Source: Syncephalis fuscata S228 (Eukaryota; Fungi; Zoopagomycota). Taken from it: a stretch of 64,000 nucleotides of DNA. The position numbers and the translations under genes were made by a program. A model generated the notes under the pieces. The model worked only from the letters and a program-made list of their open reading frames with translations, was not told the origin of the DNA and searched no databases. Position 1 is the first letter of the stretch; every line of letters begins with the position of its first letter. The stretch covers positions 186,001-250,000 of the forward strand of contig JAHLTZ010000019.1 in assembly GCA_025786725.1 (NCBI GenBank), written 5' to 3'. This document shows positions 1 to 13,222 of the stretch, piece by piece.

Positions 1-544
1 TTGAACCATCAGCACCTGTTTACGATGATGATTCGTCAGTTGTTTCACTTGGCGGGTCAGATTCTTTTATACTTTAGTTCATTATTATGCAATAAATTAA
101 CTATTCACACTAATATGTTAAATTACGACCAAAAAAGAATAAAATTATAATAGTGATCACGTATTTATGCTATATTAACAAATATATAGATATAAAATAG
201 AATAAAAATAGTGTCATGCTGAGTGTGTAATCTATGTTGGATCAAATATTGATTATAATCATATTGCCATTTAATAAAGTGTAATGGCATCTAATTGCTA
301 TTTGGAATGCTTATATACCTATTGTTGATTATACATAGATTATTATTAATTTTGTTTGATGCTTTAATGAATATATACACGAATTATTTTGTATTATTTG
401 CAATAGTCGTTTATTTATAATATATATGCTTCATATAAACCATTGACACATGTATTAATTTGACTTATAACTGTATTTGATAAGATATCTTGAAGATATT
501 TTACTTCTATACTTAATCTGGCTGAACTATTGTTTTAATCATGT

Positions 545-2447
545 TTAAAAACGTGGCTTTTTTGTTATTTTCAGTTGTATTTTACTAGAATGTATCATTG
601 GATTGTAAATATGGCCTGTATGCATGTCAATAAATGATTTTTTCTCATCTCTTTCTTTAAGTATTGCGCATAGGGATCCAAAAAGTGGAGCAATATATCC
701 GTCTAATGGACAAGTAATTGAACGTAGTAGATTTCCATTTTGAGCATACAAGACATCGAATATTCACTTATGTTGAATGAAAATAAGCTTCTCCCTGTAT
801 AATTTGGTAATTATCATGCTGTTTATATTTTGACTTCATAATACACGCCTTTGGTCGGAACTATCAGCTAGTAGTAATTGGCCGTAATCTTTGTTTTTAC
901 ATAGTGATTGTAATAAACTGTTTGATAAAAACTTGCCCATTCCAAACAATAGCAATAAAATGCTAAAATTTGTATCATTAGTGGACTTTTTAAAATTGTT
1001 TACATATCTTATATTAATTAAGCAAATCTTCTCCATATACATCTTAGCACGAATTAAAACGTTTGAGCAATATGGGATGCTGAATTAATTAAATAAAATC
1101 TTTTTACACTGATGCTGCCCTTGTTGAACGTTAAATAAACTTCATTGGATATGCATCAATCGATTGTCAACATTAACTGCTTGCAGGTTTTGAATATTTA
1201 TAGACGTAGGATCAGTATCAAATTATACAAAGTCGTGTATTATTTTTCACGTTAATAATTGAAATTGATTACGAAAAATGAACTGAACAGAGATGGACGG
1301 TTTATTCATAGGAAATTCTGGACCATGTATCCATTATTTTTTATTTAGATTAACTAACTCAAATCTTTTCCATGACTCTTGTACATTGAAAGTCTTTAGC
1401 AGCATCCACTTGTCAAAAATACTATTTAAATAAAGTATTAATTGCTGTTTAGCTTTATCTACGCTTTGAAGGTAGATGAAATCAGGAGACGGATTGCCAG
1501 CATGACGCCATACTACCATTGCATCTCGGCGGCGTCTTTTTCGTCTATTTAACGATTCGATGACTGATGAACTAATAGAGTATTTATTTCCTCTTATGTA
1601 ATTTGCCTCCATTTCATTATATATTTATTATTGTAATAGCATTGATAAACAATTAATACCGTCATTATCATAACTAATTATTATTTATCTATTGGATCGC
1701 CAATATTTATAAATTTTACGTCATTGTATGTATTATGAGAATATTGGCTAAACGAACCGATGTGTTTTGTAGACATATTTAACTATGACTTTGCCATTAA
1801 ACAAGAGTAATGACAAAAAATAGCTAATTCTTTCCATGCTAGTTCTTTGTTGCTGTACTTATTCTTCTTGCTAAAAATATCGTGTTGAATTGACCAGACT
1901 GTTGAGCCTTCTTCATCCTGAACCAAGCCATACCAAAAATTTACGTCGATTATTTCCAGTTGAGTAAATTTCCTGATCGGTAGTCGGCACGATCGTTTTT
2001 GGAATCAACCTGTCATAAAGTTGCGGACATTTTGTCGACGCCAATGGTAGGCGTAAAACCATCGAGCGTTACTGAAACTAAGATCGATAGCAAATCATTA
2101 ACTGGCAATGTAAATTCATTATTGTTGTCATTGACAGGTGAAATGCTAGATGCTAATAAATGTTTTTGTTTTGCTTGATTTACATTGGGCTTAGACTCTT
2201 TTGATTTTGATTTAGCATTAATGTGCCAAATGTATCATACAAGCCATTCTTTTTCACTCTAGTCACTAAAACAAAATGCTCGTTTATATTGTTGTTCCCA
2301 ATAATCAGGTCGATCAACTATGATTTGGTAAATAAATTGACAGCTGATGACAAAAAGTACCAATTCTTCCTCTTCTATGAAACGGCACAAATACGATAAG
2401 ATATCGTGGTTTTTCCAGAAATAGCTGCTGTTAGTACTTAAAGCCAT
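545..2447 (-). pseudogene. Degenerate F-box-domain protein gene (lineage-expanded type with C-terminal beta-rich region)
   Basis: N-terminus FWKNHDILSYLCRFIEEEELVLFVISCQFIYQII..YWEQQYKRAF is F-box-like. The reading continues through in-frame stops TAG (2259-2261) and TGA (2235-2237), shifts frame to RWFYAYHWRRQNVRNFMTG and meets another TGA (2005-2007). Further same-strand ORF fragments run down to 545; the 3' limit is approximate. Confidence 0.65.
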
Positions 2448-2724
2448 AGTTAACTAAAAATAACCATGTTAAAAATACTAAATAATAGATAGAGAAACAA
2501 TAATAGATGCAATTAGAAGAAAAAGGCGTTACATGATCATGGCTGATTTATTCCATCCATAACACAATGGTTACACGATTGCATATGTTTAAGTCGCAAA
2601 TGAACATTATTACTATTTAATTTATAAATAAAATATATATTGAAATTACATAAAACGTAATGAATTGTCAATAAAAGCTATGTAAATGTCATTATCATAT
2701 TTAATAATTATAAGCATTTAGTTT

Positions 2725-5507
2725 TACTAAGAATACTTCTTCAAATTGATTGTTTTACGGTTTGTTTTAGTTTGACTATGGTTATTCATCATTTAAAATA
2801 TGCTGAATACTATTAAAATAAGCAAATAGTTATACATTTAATAGTTAGCAAATAAATAAGCATTATCAAAATACTACACAGCTATAGCACTTGTACTATA
2901 ATAGGTCTCAATTTTATTATGCAAACGCTAATTATTCCTAAAATTGCTATTCGCCGTTTTCGGGTCAATCATCATATTATCGAATACAATCGCATAGTCT
3001 TTCAACGATTCCCAGATATCTTGCCACACTAGGTTTTTTGGATTGATATCCTCCATTTTAAGATATCGATAATATTCGTTCCAATCATATTTCTTTGATT
3101 TTAAGCCACCTCCAATCAAAACTGCTATTAAGCGTTTGTTGTATTCATTGATAGACCTTATAGTCCCGCTCAAAGTATAACCATTTGTAGTAGCGACATC
3201 AATGGGATCTTTTGCTGGGCTGGCATTAAGGAAGTTGTAAAAATGCAATTTGTATCCACTTTTGTCTTTATCGACACAAATATCTAGCAACACCGTCAAT
3301 GTGGATATTAGTAAACAACAGCATACTTACCTAGAATATCGAGGTGAGCATACCATCCCCATTCCTTTATAGTGTTTAGTCCTAATCACAGTTCAGTTTA
3401 TAATATACATGGACAATACAAGCTTGTACCTTTTACAATTTTTTGCCATAACGGCAGCATCTCTTTTAAATCATGCTCGCTTTGTTTAGAGTTTTCTTTG
3501 AATTTTTCATTAAAATTGTCGTATGTTTTTTTACACTTGTAGTATGGTACGATATAACAAATGGCGTTACCAAATGTGAATTTCTTTTGAGGTACGGCAA
3601 ACGAGATACTATGATCCTCACTATGTATCGGAGATTGGCCCAGTAGATCCTGTTGATCATAGCATTTGTTAGCTTCGTATATCTATCGTTTACAAAACTT
3701 ACATTGTATAATATAAGTGCATTACTTTTTGTATCTGATCTTGGCCCGCACACAAGCCTAATGGGATTGCCATGCTGCGTTCCTGTAATATAATATACAC
3801 CTCCATTTGTGTGTCTAGTGTTTGTCAACTGGATATCATATACGCCAAGTACACTATTTAATGCACTGTTTGCATTCCCCGTGGATTCTATATAAGTAAT
3901 ATCGTTAGTAAAAGCAAAAGAATAGCTTGGTGTAGATACTTGCTAGTGTTTTCGAATAAACTTGATATATCGTTACTGGGTGCGGCTTGAGCGACCGATA
4001 CTAGCATGAGCGTGGTAGCAGCGATAGTAAGAATGGATTTCATCGTAAACATGGCTATGTCAAGGCTCAGTCGTCGAATAAAGGCTGTACTTTCTATGAA
4101 GCTAATGTGCAAGCAAATATGATGTAATGGCTAGACAAACTGACATGCTAAAAATGCGATATATATAGCAAAATATATCATGGGATAGTTTATATGTTTT
4201 TGTAAACTGGAAAAATACAATGTAGGCGTTTCAGTAAAATTGCAAAAAAGCACATGGAATAAACCGAAAGCAGCAATCTTCGTTATTCGAATACGGAATT
4301 TGAAAATACAAATGTTTTGGCGTTGCATTCTTACTTCTATATATACATATATTGAATGGCACAAAATGGATAAAATGTGGCTTATTGTAGTGATACCATT
4401 TTGTATGGCTATTATTCTCTTAAGCATTGATATCAAAAATAACCATATAACAGATGCTGTAAATTCAAGCACAAATTCCAGTAATACACATTACGACTAA
4501 TCAGCGACTGTATAGCTTTGCAACAATATAAATAATTGCGATTAAAACAACCCGTAATTTTAATTTACATTGCACAATGATAGGTCATTATTTAATTTAG
4601 ATTCACGTATACATACAACATGCATAAATAAATTTAAATACCATATAGTTAAGACAAATCAACAGTAGTATACTCCAAAGAATAGGAATAACAAGGCGGC
4701 ATCGAATTGATAACCCACTTGATGAATATCATGTTATGCCATATAAAGACATTACCTGAAACGAGAAAGTTTAAAATTACAGTGGTCATGCTCAGAGAAA
4801 TGGTTTATTACGGCATTGCTTTGAATTGCCGATTTTCAATTCTATTTTTAGTTTAGGTTTAGTTTTCTTTCGCTTTTACATTTTTGCAGTTGTTGTAAAA
4901 CAAATGCTAGTGGAAAAGCTACTTTTATGTTCTGTAGAATAGTTTGTATATTATAGCCTTCTTTAATATTAGACTAGTGCATAATTGAACATACCAACAG
5001 GCACTCAATGTTGTTTACTGCATATCAAACCTTAATACTGCAGCTTGCTAGCTCGGCACTAATTTAGTTTATTTTGGTTTCTATTGTAAAATAAATAAGA
5101 TTTTGAAATGAATGGCTTATTTGAGTATGTCTTTATCTTTTGGTTAATTACATTGATTAAGCCAAATCTACATTAGTTTAACGGTCAGATTAGCATATTG
5201 ATCTATCAAGTATACTATTATACACTGATTGTTTATTGAGTATGCAAATAACTTGGTATACATAATTACAAATAGCCAAATCATTGGTTTAGCTTATTGA
5301 ACTGGTAGTATTTCTAACAACATAATATACATCGCCAATATATATATATATTACTAGTTGATTTATACTAATGTTTATTTCCTAGGCATTCTGACATTTT
5401 TGTAATATGCAAAATTATAATTTCATTATCAGCCTAATAATATCCTGTTATTTATATATGTGTAGGATTATATGGTCGATATAACAATATTTTACCTAAT
5501 ATCAATT
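2725..5507. repeat. Left arm of large inverted repeat (~2.78 kb)
   Basis: Reverse complement matches 13223-15987 along its whole length at roughly 98% identity by eye. Paired ORFs in the track include 2928-3299 vs 15422-15793 and 3466-3828 vs 14893-15255. Outer end is tactaagaatacttcttcaaattga, inner end is tttacctaatatcaatt. Confidence 0.97.
2928..4052 (-). CDS. Secreted kinase-fold (pseudokinase-like) protein, copy A, 5 exons, 306 aa
   Basis: Mirror image of the 14669-15793 gene with all splice sites and the frame intact. Signal peptide MFTMKSILTIAATTLMLVSVAQA. First intron is GC-AG (donor at 3943). Confidence 0.85.
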
Positions 5508-6092
5508 GTATAAATAGTTTAATAAGAATAGCGGTTTTTAGTATAATTATATTTACCATGGCTTAAAAATTAGCTAGTAAAATATTATATAGATTTAGTT
5601 ATTATAACTGTTTAAGGTCTGCATAAATAATTTTGTTATAGCCATTAAATAAATAGCACAATACTAACTTAATAGTAAAAATACTGTTAATAGCTGGCAA
5701 TCCTAGAGTGCTAACATTACAGACAGCAGACTCAATACTTTAACTAATCAGTAAAATATTTCAATTATTATACAAAATACTTGATTAACTATAATATAAT
5801 TAATTGATAAAGTATAGAATTGAATGCTAATTATTCAGTTTATTGTTACTAAAACAATTGATTATCATACATCTAAAATATAACAACTAATATCATTTTC
5901 AACAATAATAAATTTTTACTATTATTATAGCGGTGGTATCATTGGTTGTTAACACGCCAATCTTTCTTGGCTTTGCTTACACGTGCTTGTTTGTTATTGC
6001 TACCATATTACTATACTACTTGTCTCAACTGCTATTGCACTATTACCACACTACCACTGCCATTATCATTACTATTATTCTATAGCTTATTG

Positions 6093-6143
6093 GTAAGTGT
6101 AGGTTTAGACACGACTAACTTTGTAAAAATTGCTTGTCCGTAG
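6093..6143 (+). other. Probable 5'-UTR intron of CHD1
   Basis: gtaagt donor, gactaac branch site, ccgtag acceptor, 51 nt like the other introns here. Confidence 0.55.
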
Positions 6144-6370
6144 CAACAATGGTCCAATATATTTATTGGCTACAATGACGAAAAAAGAATGAAGTATTCT
6201 AGTAGAATAATAATTCACTTATTCTCCTTATTTTCTCACTCCTATATATTCACACTTGTTTGTATTGGCATCGCGTGTTGACATTCGTGAATTTTAGATT
6301 GCTAATAATAACATCGCTTCTCGCTGATCACTACTTCTCTGACGTTACGGACTTGCTTATTTCTCGTGTC

Positions 6371-9300
6371 ATGGCTGGTGAGCCTTTTATGCAGCGGCTT
6401 GAAGATCAATTGAGCGGATAGACTGCATGGCATCATCTATCGAGAATTCCATCATCTGTTAGCAACAATAACTTATTTTCAATTGGAATAAGCTTTGCTA
6501 TCGATAGTGTGTCGGCTATCTGTCCGCTCAATTGAGTCTCCTGCTAAACTATTAAACGCCTTGTACTAATTCTACTTGTATGATTGCAGAACGTGCACAG
6601 GCTGATATTTTTACCGCGTATGACGAAGAAGAGGACGATGATGTAATTCTGGGTGGCATTGCAGCCACACCTGTCAGTCTATCGGAAGCGAGCGACTTGA
6701 GCGACGGAGACTCGAACAAGCAGTTTAGTGGAGCTGAAAAGCACGGACTAACCGACCTAACGTCGATAGCAACGGCAGCAGCAATGGCGCGTCAACAAAG
6801 TAAAGCTATTGATAGCAGCAATAGTCATAGTAGTAAAAATAATAATAACAATAACAGCCATAGTAATGTCATGACTGTATTTGCCAGTGATGAAGATGCT
6901 TTTATAGACGAGTTTGACGTATCATTTGAAGAATTAAGTGGTGCAGAGGATTTTCGTCCTACTAAATCGCACATATCACACGCGACCAATAGCAAATCAT
7001 CTCATGAACGTTCTGTTAAAAAAAGCAAACGCAACCGTTTTCTGGACGATGAAGACGATGAAGAAGACGATGAAGATGGCGATGATGATAATCGTCATCG
7101 AAATAAGCCTAGTAATCGCAGTAGACATGAAGCGTTAGATGCCGATCTGTACGGACTACGTCGATCATCGCGTGTTCGCTCAGTGTCTCATCAATATCAA
7201 GAGGTATGTATATATGCTATATGGATTCATTCTACGTGCAAACAAGTAACTTATATTTTTCTAGTCGGATGATGATAGCGTTTATGGAGGCGACAATTAT
7301 GGACATAATCAAAAGGATTATAATCAATATGGCGACTCGTTTCTTTCTACTGAAGAAAATGAAAGTGATGAAGATGAAGATGACGACGACGACGACGATG
7401 ACGATGACGACGGTGATTATGAGTATGGATCTAAGAAGCGTAAAGGTAGTAGAAAAACAAAAACGAAGCCAAAGAAAACAGCAAAGCCCCGTACATTGAC
7501 CAATCGACCAGTCAGTAAGTAATAAAAGCGATGTATACATATTAATTAGCTTATTATTATTATTATTATTATTATTATATTTAATAGGACAAATGGAAGA
7601 ATATGTGCCTAAATTTGCTGAAGAAAACGGATCATCAAGCGATGGCGAATGGTTTGCCAATAAAAAGGCCAAAGTTCGTAAATGTAAGTCATAGGCTAAG
7701 TGTTGTATTTATAATTGCTAATAAGTATTGTTGATAGCCCGAAATAGTGATGATGCTAATAGTTATTTACGCTCTTCAAATCGATCACGTACGGGTGCAG
7801 TTGATTATGGCGAGTTAAATAATCAAGATTGGGGATTATCAGATGAGGATTATGCCATTTATGAAATCCATAAAACTACAAATGTTAAAGGTAAATAATA
7901 ATAATAATAACAATGTATTAATGGTAAATTTAATTAATTAACATAATTTATATTGTTAATACAATCACCGATTTAATGATCTAATTCTAGTTGAAGAGGA
8001 GGAAGGTGATGTAATTGAAAGTATTCATGATTATCGCACACAATCAGGAATAGGTATGTTAGCAAGTTAAATAGTAGATTTAGTATTTAATAATTATAAT
8101 AGAAATATCCGACGATGTGCCATCCGAAGAGCTGCAGTTCCTTGTCAAATGGAAAGGCTGGAGCCATTTACATGATACTTGGGATGCATATAATGATTTG
8201 CGTGGATTTAAAGGATTTAAACGCGTTGATAATTTTATTCGACAAGTTGTTGCGTATGACCAAGCCATTCGTGCCGATCCTACAACAACACGCGAGGAAA
8301 TAGAACAGCATGATATCAATGTTGAGATTGAACGGGCTGCTCTTGAAGATTACAAAACAGTTGAACGCGTCATTGCTAGTCGCCAAACGACTTCACAAAG
8401 TACACCGCCTGGAGAAACACCTCGATCACCATCTGGTGTGACTATTATTGAGTATTTATGCAAGTGGAAACGATTGCCGTACGTTCAGTGTACCTGGGAA
8501 CCGGCTGATTTGATATCTGAACGATTTCAGGCGGAGATTGACGCGTTTTTAGAGCGTGAACAGCATATGCGAGTGCCACACCGTAGTGTTACCTTTGGAC
8601 GACATAGACCACGACCAACATTTAAACGCATGACGGCTCAGCCGGACTATTTGGTTGGCGGCCAACTGCGTGATTATCAGCTTACAAGTCTAAACTGGAT
8701 GAGCTATTTATGGTCACGTAATGAAAATGGCATTCTAGCAGTAAGCTACATTTAATAGTATATACTACTAGATTATAATAACGTTTATTATATAATGATA
8801 GGATGAAATGGGACTTGGCAAGACGGTACAAACTATTTCATGGCTATCATATTTATACCATACTGCGGATATTTATGGACCATTTTTAGTTGTTGTACCT
8901 TTATCGACCCTTGGCAATTGGCAAAAAGAATTTGCTCGTTGGGCACCCGATATGAATATCATTGCGTATATAGGCGATAGTAAAAGTCGTGAATTTATAC
9001 GCGATTACGAGTTTTATTTACCAAGTACTGGACAAAGTGGACGTCGAGTCAAGTTCAACGTATTACTTACAACATATGAATTGATTCTTAAGGACCGACG
9101 TGACCTTGGCGCTATTCGTTGGGCCTTCTTGGCCGTTGACGAAGCCCATCGACTTAAGAATAGTGAATCGCAGTTACACGAAGTGTTGTCTGAATTCCAC
9201 CATACTAATCGACTACTAATTACCGGTACACCATTACAAAACTCAGTTAAAGAGTTATACGCTCTCGTTAACTTTTTAATGCCTGATCAGCATGCAATGG

Positions 9301-12300
9301 CCGCCGAATTCGAGTTTGATGTTGAAGGTGCCAGCAGTGAACAGCAAGAAACGAAGATTAGAGAGCTACACGAGTTATTACGTCCACTTATGCTGCGTCG
9401 ATTAAAGAAAGATGTAGAAAAGTCGCTGCCAAAGAAGACAGAGCGTATTCTACGTGTTGAACTCTCTCCTATGCAAGTTCATTATTACAAGAATATTCTT
9501 ACTCGTAATTTTGAAATACTAAATCGTGGCATCAGTGGACCAGGCCAACTTAGCATGCTTAATATTGCTATTGAATTACAAAAAGCAAGTAATCATCCTT
9601 ATTTATTTGAAGGTGCCGAACCTATGGGCATGTCGCGCGAAGAACAGCTACGTGGGCTTATTATGAATAGCGGCAAAATGGTATTACTCGACAAGCTACT
9701 AACTCGACTTCGACAAGGTGGCCATCGAGTATTAATCTTTTCACAAATGGTACGTCTACTTGATATTATGCAAGATTATATATCATTGCGCGGCTTTCCC
9801 CATCAACGACTTGATGGCAGTGTGCCTAATGAAGTGCGTAAAAAGGCCATTGATCATTTTAATGCACCTGGATCACCTGATTTCTGCTTTTTACTATCAA
9901 CACGAGCCGGTGGTCTGGGTATTAATTTGGAAACAGCCGATACAGTTATTATTTTCGATTCTGATTGGAATCCACAAAACGATCTACAGGCAATGGCACG
10001 TGCCCATCGTATTGGCCAGACTAGAACGGTGAATGTCTATCGATTTGTATCAAAGGGTACAATTGAAGAAGAAGTACTTGAACGAGCAAAGCGCAAAATG
10101 GTACTCGAATACTTGCTTGTTAGTGGTATGGATACATCAGGCGCTAACTTACTTAAAGAACGTGGTGCCACTGCTCCAAAGTCAAAATCATATGCCGGTC
10201 AATTTACTAAAGAAGAATTAAATGCCATTTTAAAATTCGGTGCTAAAAATCTATTTCAAGAAACAACGAATCAGAAAAAACTTGATGATCTGGATTTAGA
10301 TGAAATTCTTGATCGTGCTGAACAACACGACACGGCAGCAGTTGAAGAGGCTGCAGCGGGTGGTGCACAAACCAGTGATGGTGGTGCCGAATTTCTTGCC
10401 CAGTTTCAAGTGGCCGACTATGGTGGCGACATGTCCTGGGAGGATATTGTACCGAAAGATGAACGGGAACGTATGGCGGCCGAGAAAGAAGCAAAAGCTC
10501 AAGCAGAAATGTGGTCAGCTACTCGTAAACGTAAAGCTGCTTCATCGGCCGCTAATGGTATACGTGAAGACTTGGAAGCCGTTGGTGAAGGACGAAAACG
10601 ATCACGCAGTACTCGACGTACTTCTACCAAACGCAATGCTAGATTCGAGGCCAATAGCGATGATGATGATGATGATGACGATGATCATCATGCCGGTGGT
10701 GGTGGTGGCGACGATGAAGATGATAATGATGGCTTTACAGAACGTGAAGTACGCGCATTAGCTCGTGGTATGATGCGTTTTGGTCATCCTACCGATCGCT
10801 ACGATCCAGTAGTAACCGAGGCTGATTTGTCTAGTAAAGATAAGGAGCTGGTTATGACTATGGCCAAGAATATCGAACAGCTATGTAAAGATACTGTTTC
10901 AGCCCAGCTTGGCGATGTTGATGATATATTTGTGGCATTAACAACACGTCGCAAGGCCGACAAAGCCATTCAATGCGAAATGAACGGCGTTAACATTAAT
11001 GCCGGCCAAATGCTGCAAAGATTAGCCGATCTACGCTGTCTTCATAAACAGCTAAATAACACTGTTGAATCTATTCGTTTTCGTATGCCTGTACAACTAC
11101 GCGGCACACTTAACTGGAGTGTTCCATGGACGCCACGCGATGATGCCTGTCTTATGGTAGGCATTCATCGATACGGATTTGGTGCATGGGAGCGTATACG
11201 TGATGATAAAGAACTACAGCTTGACAAGAAGATATTTGGCGATGAACGTGGCACTCATGGTGAACGTCTAACACCAGGTCCAACTCATTTACAACGACGT
11301 GCTGACAATTTACTACGTTTACTGCGCGATGTAGAACGCGGCGTATCAGTATCGGTTCTAGCTAATGGTGTACGCCAACGAGCAACGAATGAATCGGGCA
11401 GTGATACACGTAGCAATGCACGTCGTCGTGGCGGTACTAATAGTAGTAGCGGTAGTAAACGTGCAGGTACCGGTACACGTTCTGTATCGACACCTACTCG
11501 ATCTTCACGTAGACGACATATTAAAACGGGCGATGAATCATCATCACTTAGTGAATTATCAGATAACGCACTTGCTACATCTGATTCAGATACAGCAATG
11601 CACACACCTAGAAAATCGAATACAACTGGATCAACAAAGCGATCAACACCAACAACAAGTAATGGACGGTCACGCAGTGGACATCATGCCAATGGTGGTG
11701 GTGGCAATACAGCAGATGCAACCGCTACTACTTATAATGACCATACAGATGAAGAGAAGTATGCTAGTATGGATGAAGCCGAATGTAAAGAATTATTACG
11801 ACCTGTACGACGTGCACTACGCTGGCTACAAACTGAATCGGAACAATGTCCACCTACTGAGAAGGTGGCCCGTACAACACAATGTGTTACTGATGTAGGT
11901 CGACACATTACACGGTTATTAAGTCAACGATTTGCCCGTGCAGCATCATCGGAACGAGCACGTTGGCGTCGTCATTTATGGAAGTTTGCCAGTTATTTCT
12001 GGCCTATTGAGATACGCGGTGAACGATTACGTGAACTTTATGAAAAGATGGAGCATCGTAAGTCCACTGGAGAGGAACAACAACAATCACCACCTCCACC
12101 ACCATTATCATCACCCTCACTAACAAAGCAACCATCTACAACATTAAAGAAAGTAATACTTCTAATGAGACCAATACCAATACCAATACTAATACCAATA
12201 CTTCCCATACTAATACACCTCATTTACATTCACATCACCATCATCACCATCATCATCATCATCCACACCATCCACATCACCATCACCACCACCATCATCA

Positions 12301-12312
12301 TCATTCAACGAC

Positions 12313-12344
<32 letters not shown>

Positions 12345-12403
12345 CAACAGCTGTTCGTGATACCACTGATCGATCAACAACAACAACACATCGTACAAGG
12401 TAA
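6371..12403 (+). CDS. CHD1: Chromodomain-helicase-DNA-binding protein 1 (CHD1/Hrp1-3 family chromatin remodeller)
   Basis: Tandem chromodomains ([15 protein letters not shown]; [10 protein letters not shown]), SNF2 ATPase ([41 protein letters not shown]), SANT/SLIDE ([27 protein letters not shown]) and C-terminal CHCT-like region. Start taken as ATG 6371 via a 7-nt microexon and intron 6378-6589. End taken as TAA 12401-12403 after correcting an apparent 1-nt deletion near 12143; the uncorrected ORF ends at 12527. Confidence 0.95.
6385..6548 (+). other. Long imperfect RNA hairpin inside CHD1 first coding intron
   Basis: tcaattgagcggataga (6406-6422) pairs with tctgtccgctcaattga (6519-6535). 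Inner stems are ctatcga/tcgatag and attcca/tggaat. Several apparent mismatches are G-U compatible on the + strand. Confidence 0.75.
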
Positions 12404-13222
12404 TAGTAATGGTATTAATGATTTTAATAATACATTTTATTACTATTACCATGATTACTTTTCTTTATTTCTTTTATTCTCTACTTGCTTTGATAATTTT
12501 CATTTCGATGCTTTTCTTATCTTTTAAACGTTACTCTACTCTTTTCTCTACTCACACGCCTCCGCTTCCTTCCTATCTTCAACTTCTAGTAATCTATGAA
12601 ATATATTCAAGTTTTTATTTCAATATATTATCACCAATTTGTATTACTATTATTGTTATTGTTATTGTTAGAATGCTGATTCGGTGCTAGCCATTGATTC
12701 CAGATAGACAAGCTAGCCATGGCTCGTTGTTGGTTTTTATAAAGTCTACTTGTAGGGCCGGTTTGTTCAATGGCTTGTTCTAGTAAATGGTTACTAATAC
12801 AGCTATATTAATAAGCTGCTAGTAAATAAATGTATATTATACTTGCATTTTTGTTAATGTATAGCGCATACTATTTAATTCATGAATGAATTCAAGTCGA
12901 GAAGGTGGCGACTCTGTTGAAGATGTTGGTGATGATGACGGTGTAGTCATTGTTGGTAAATGTAATATGAATAAATAGTTGGTTTAGTTAAACAGTATGT
13001 TAAACGAGAAGTAGTGTAGTGGAGGAAGCAATAAAGAAATATGTATTGAAAAAGGATAAATAATAATAATGATAGTAGACTAATATTTTACTAGAAAATA
13101 TACAGCCATATAGGTATTTATATTAAGTACATATTATTCGTGTACTACAAATATAAAGCTGACGTATAGTTTTAGGGATTATGGCTAGTTATAACACGCG
13201 ACAATATGTTTAACTTGCAAAT

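Noticed and set aside
4131-4500. ORFs 4131-4472 and 4240-4500, and mirrors 14223-14483 and 14251-14544, as genes
   Set aside because: They start at TTG/GTG-type codons in AT-rich upstream DNA, one pair differs by a frameshift between arms, and they recur only because of the duplication.
12667-12785. SECIS element or selenoprotein recoding
   Set aside because: No AUGA/GA quartet in the right geometry and no in-frame TGA at a conserved Cys in CHD1.
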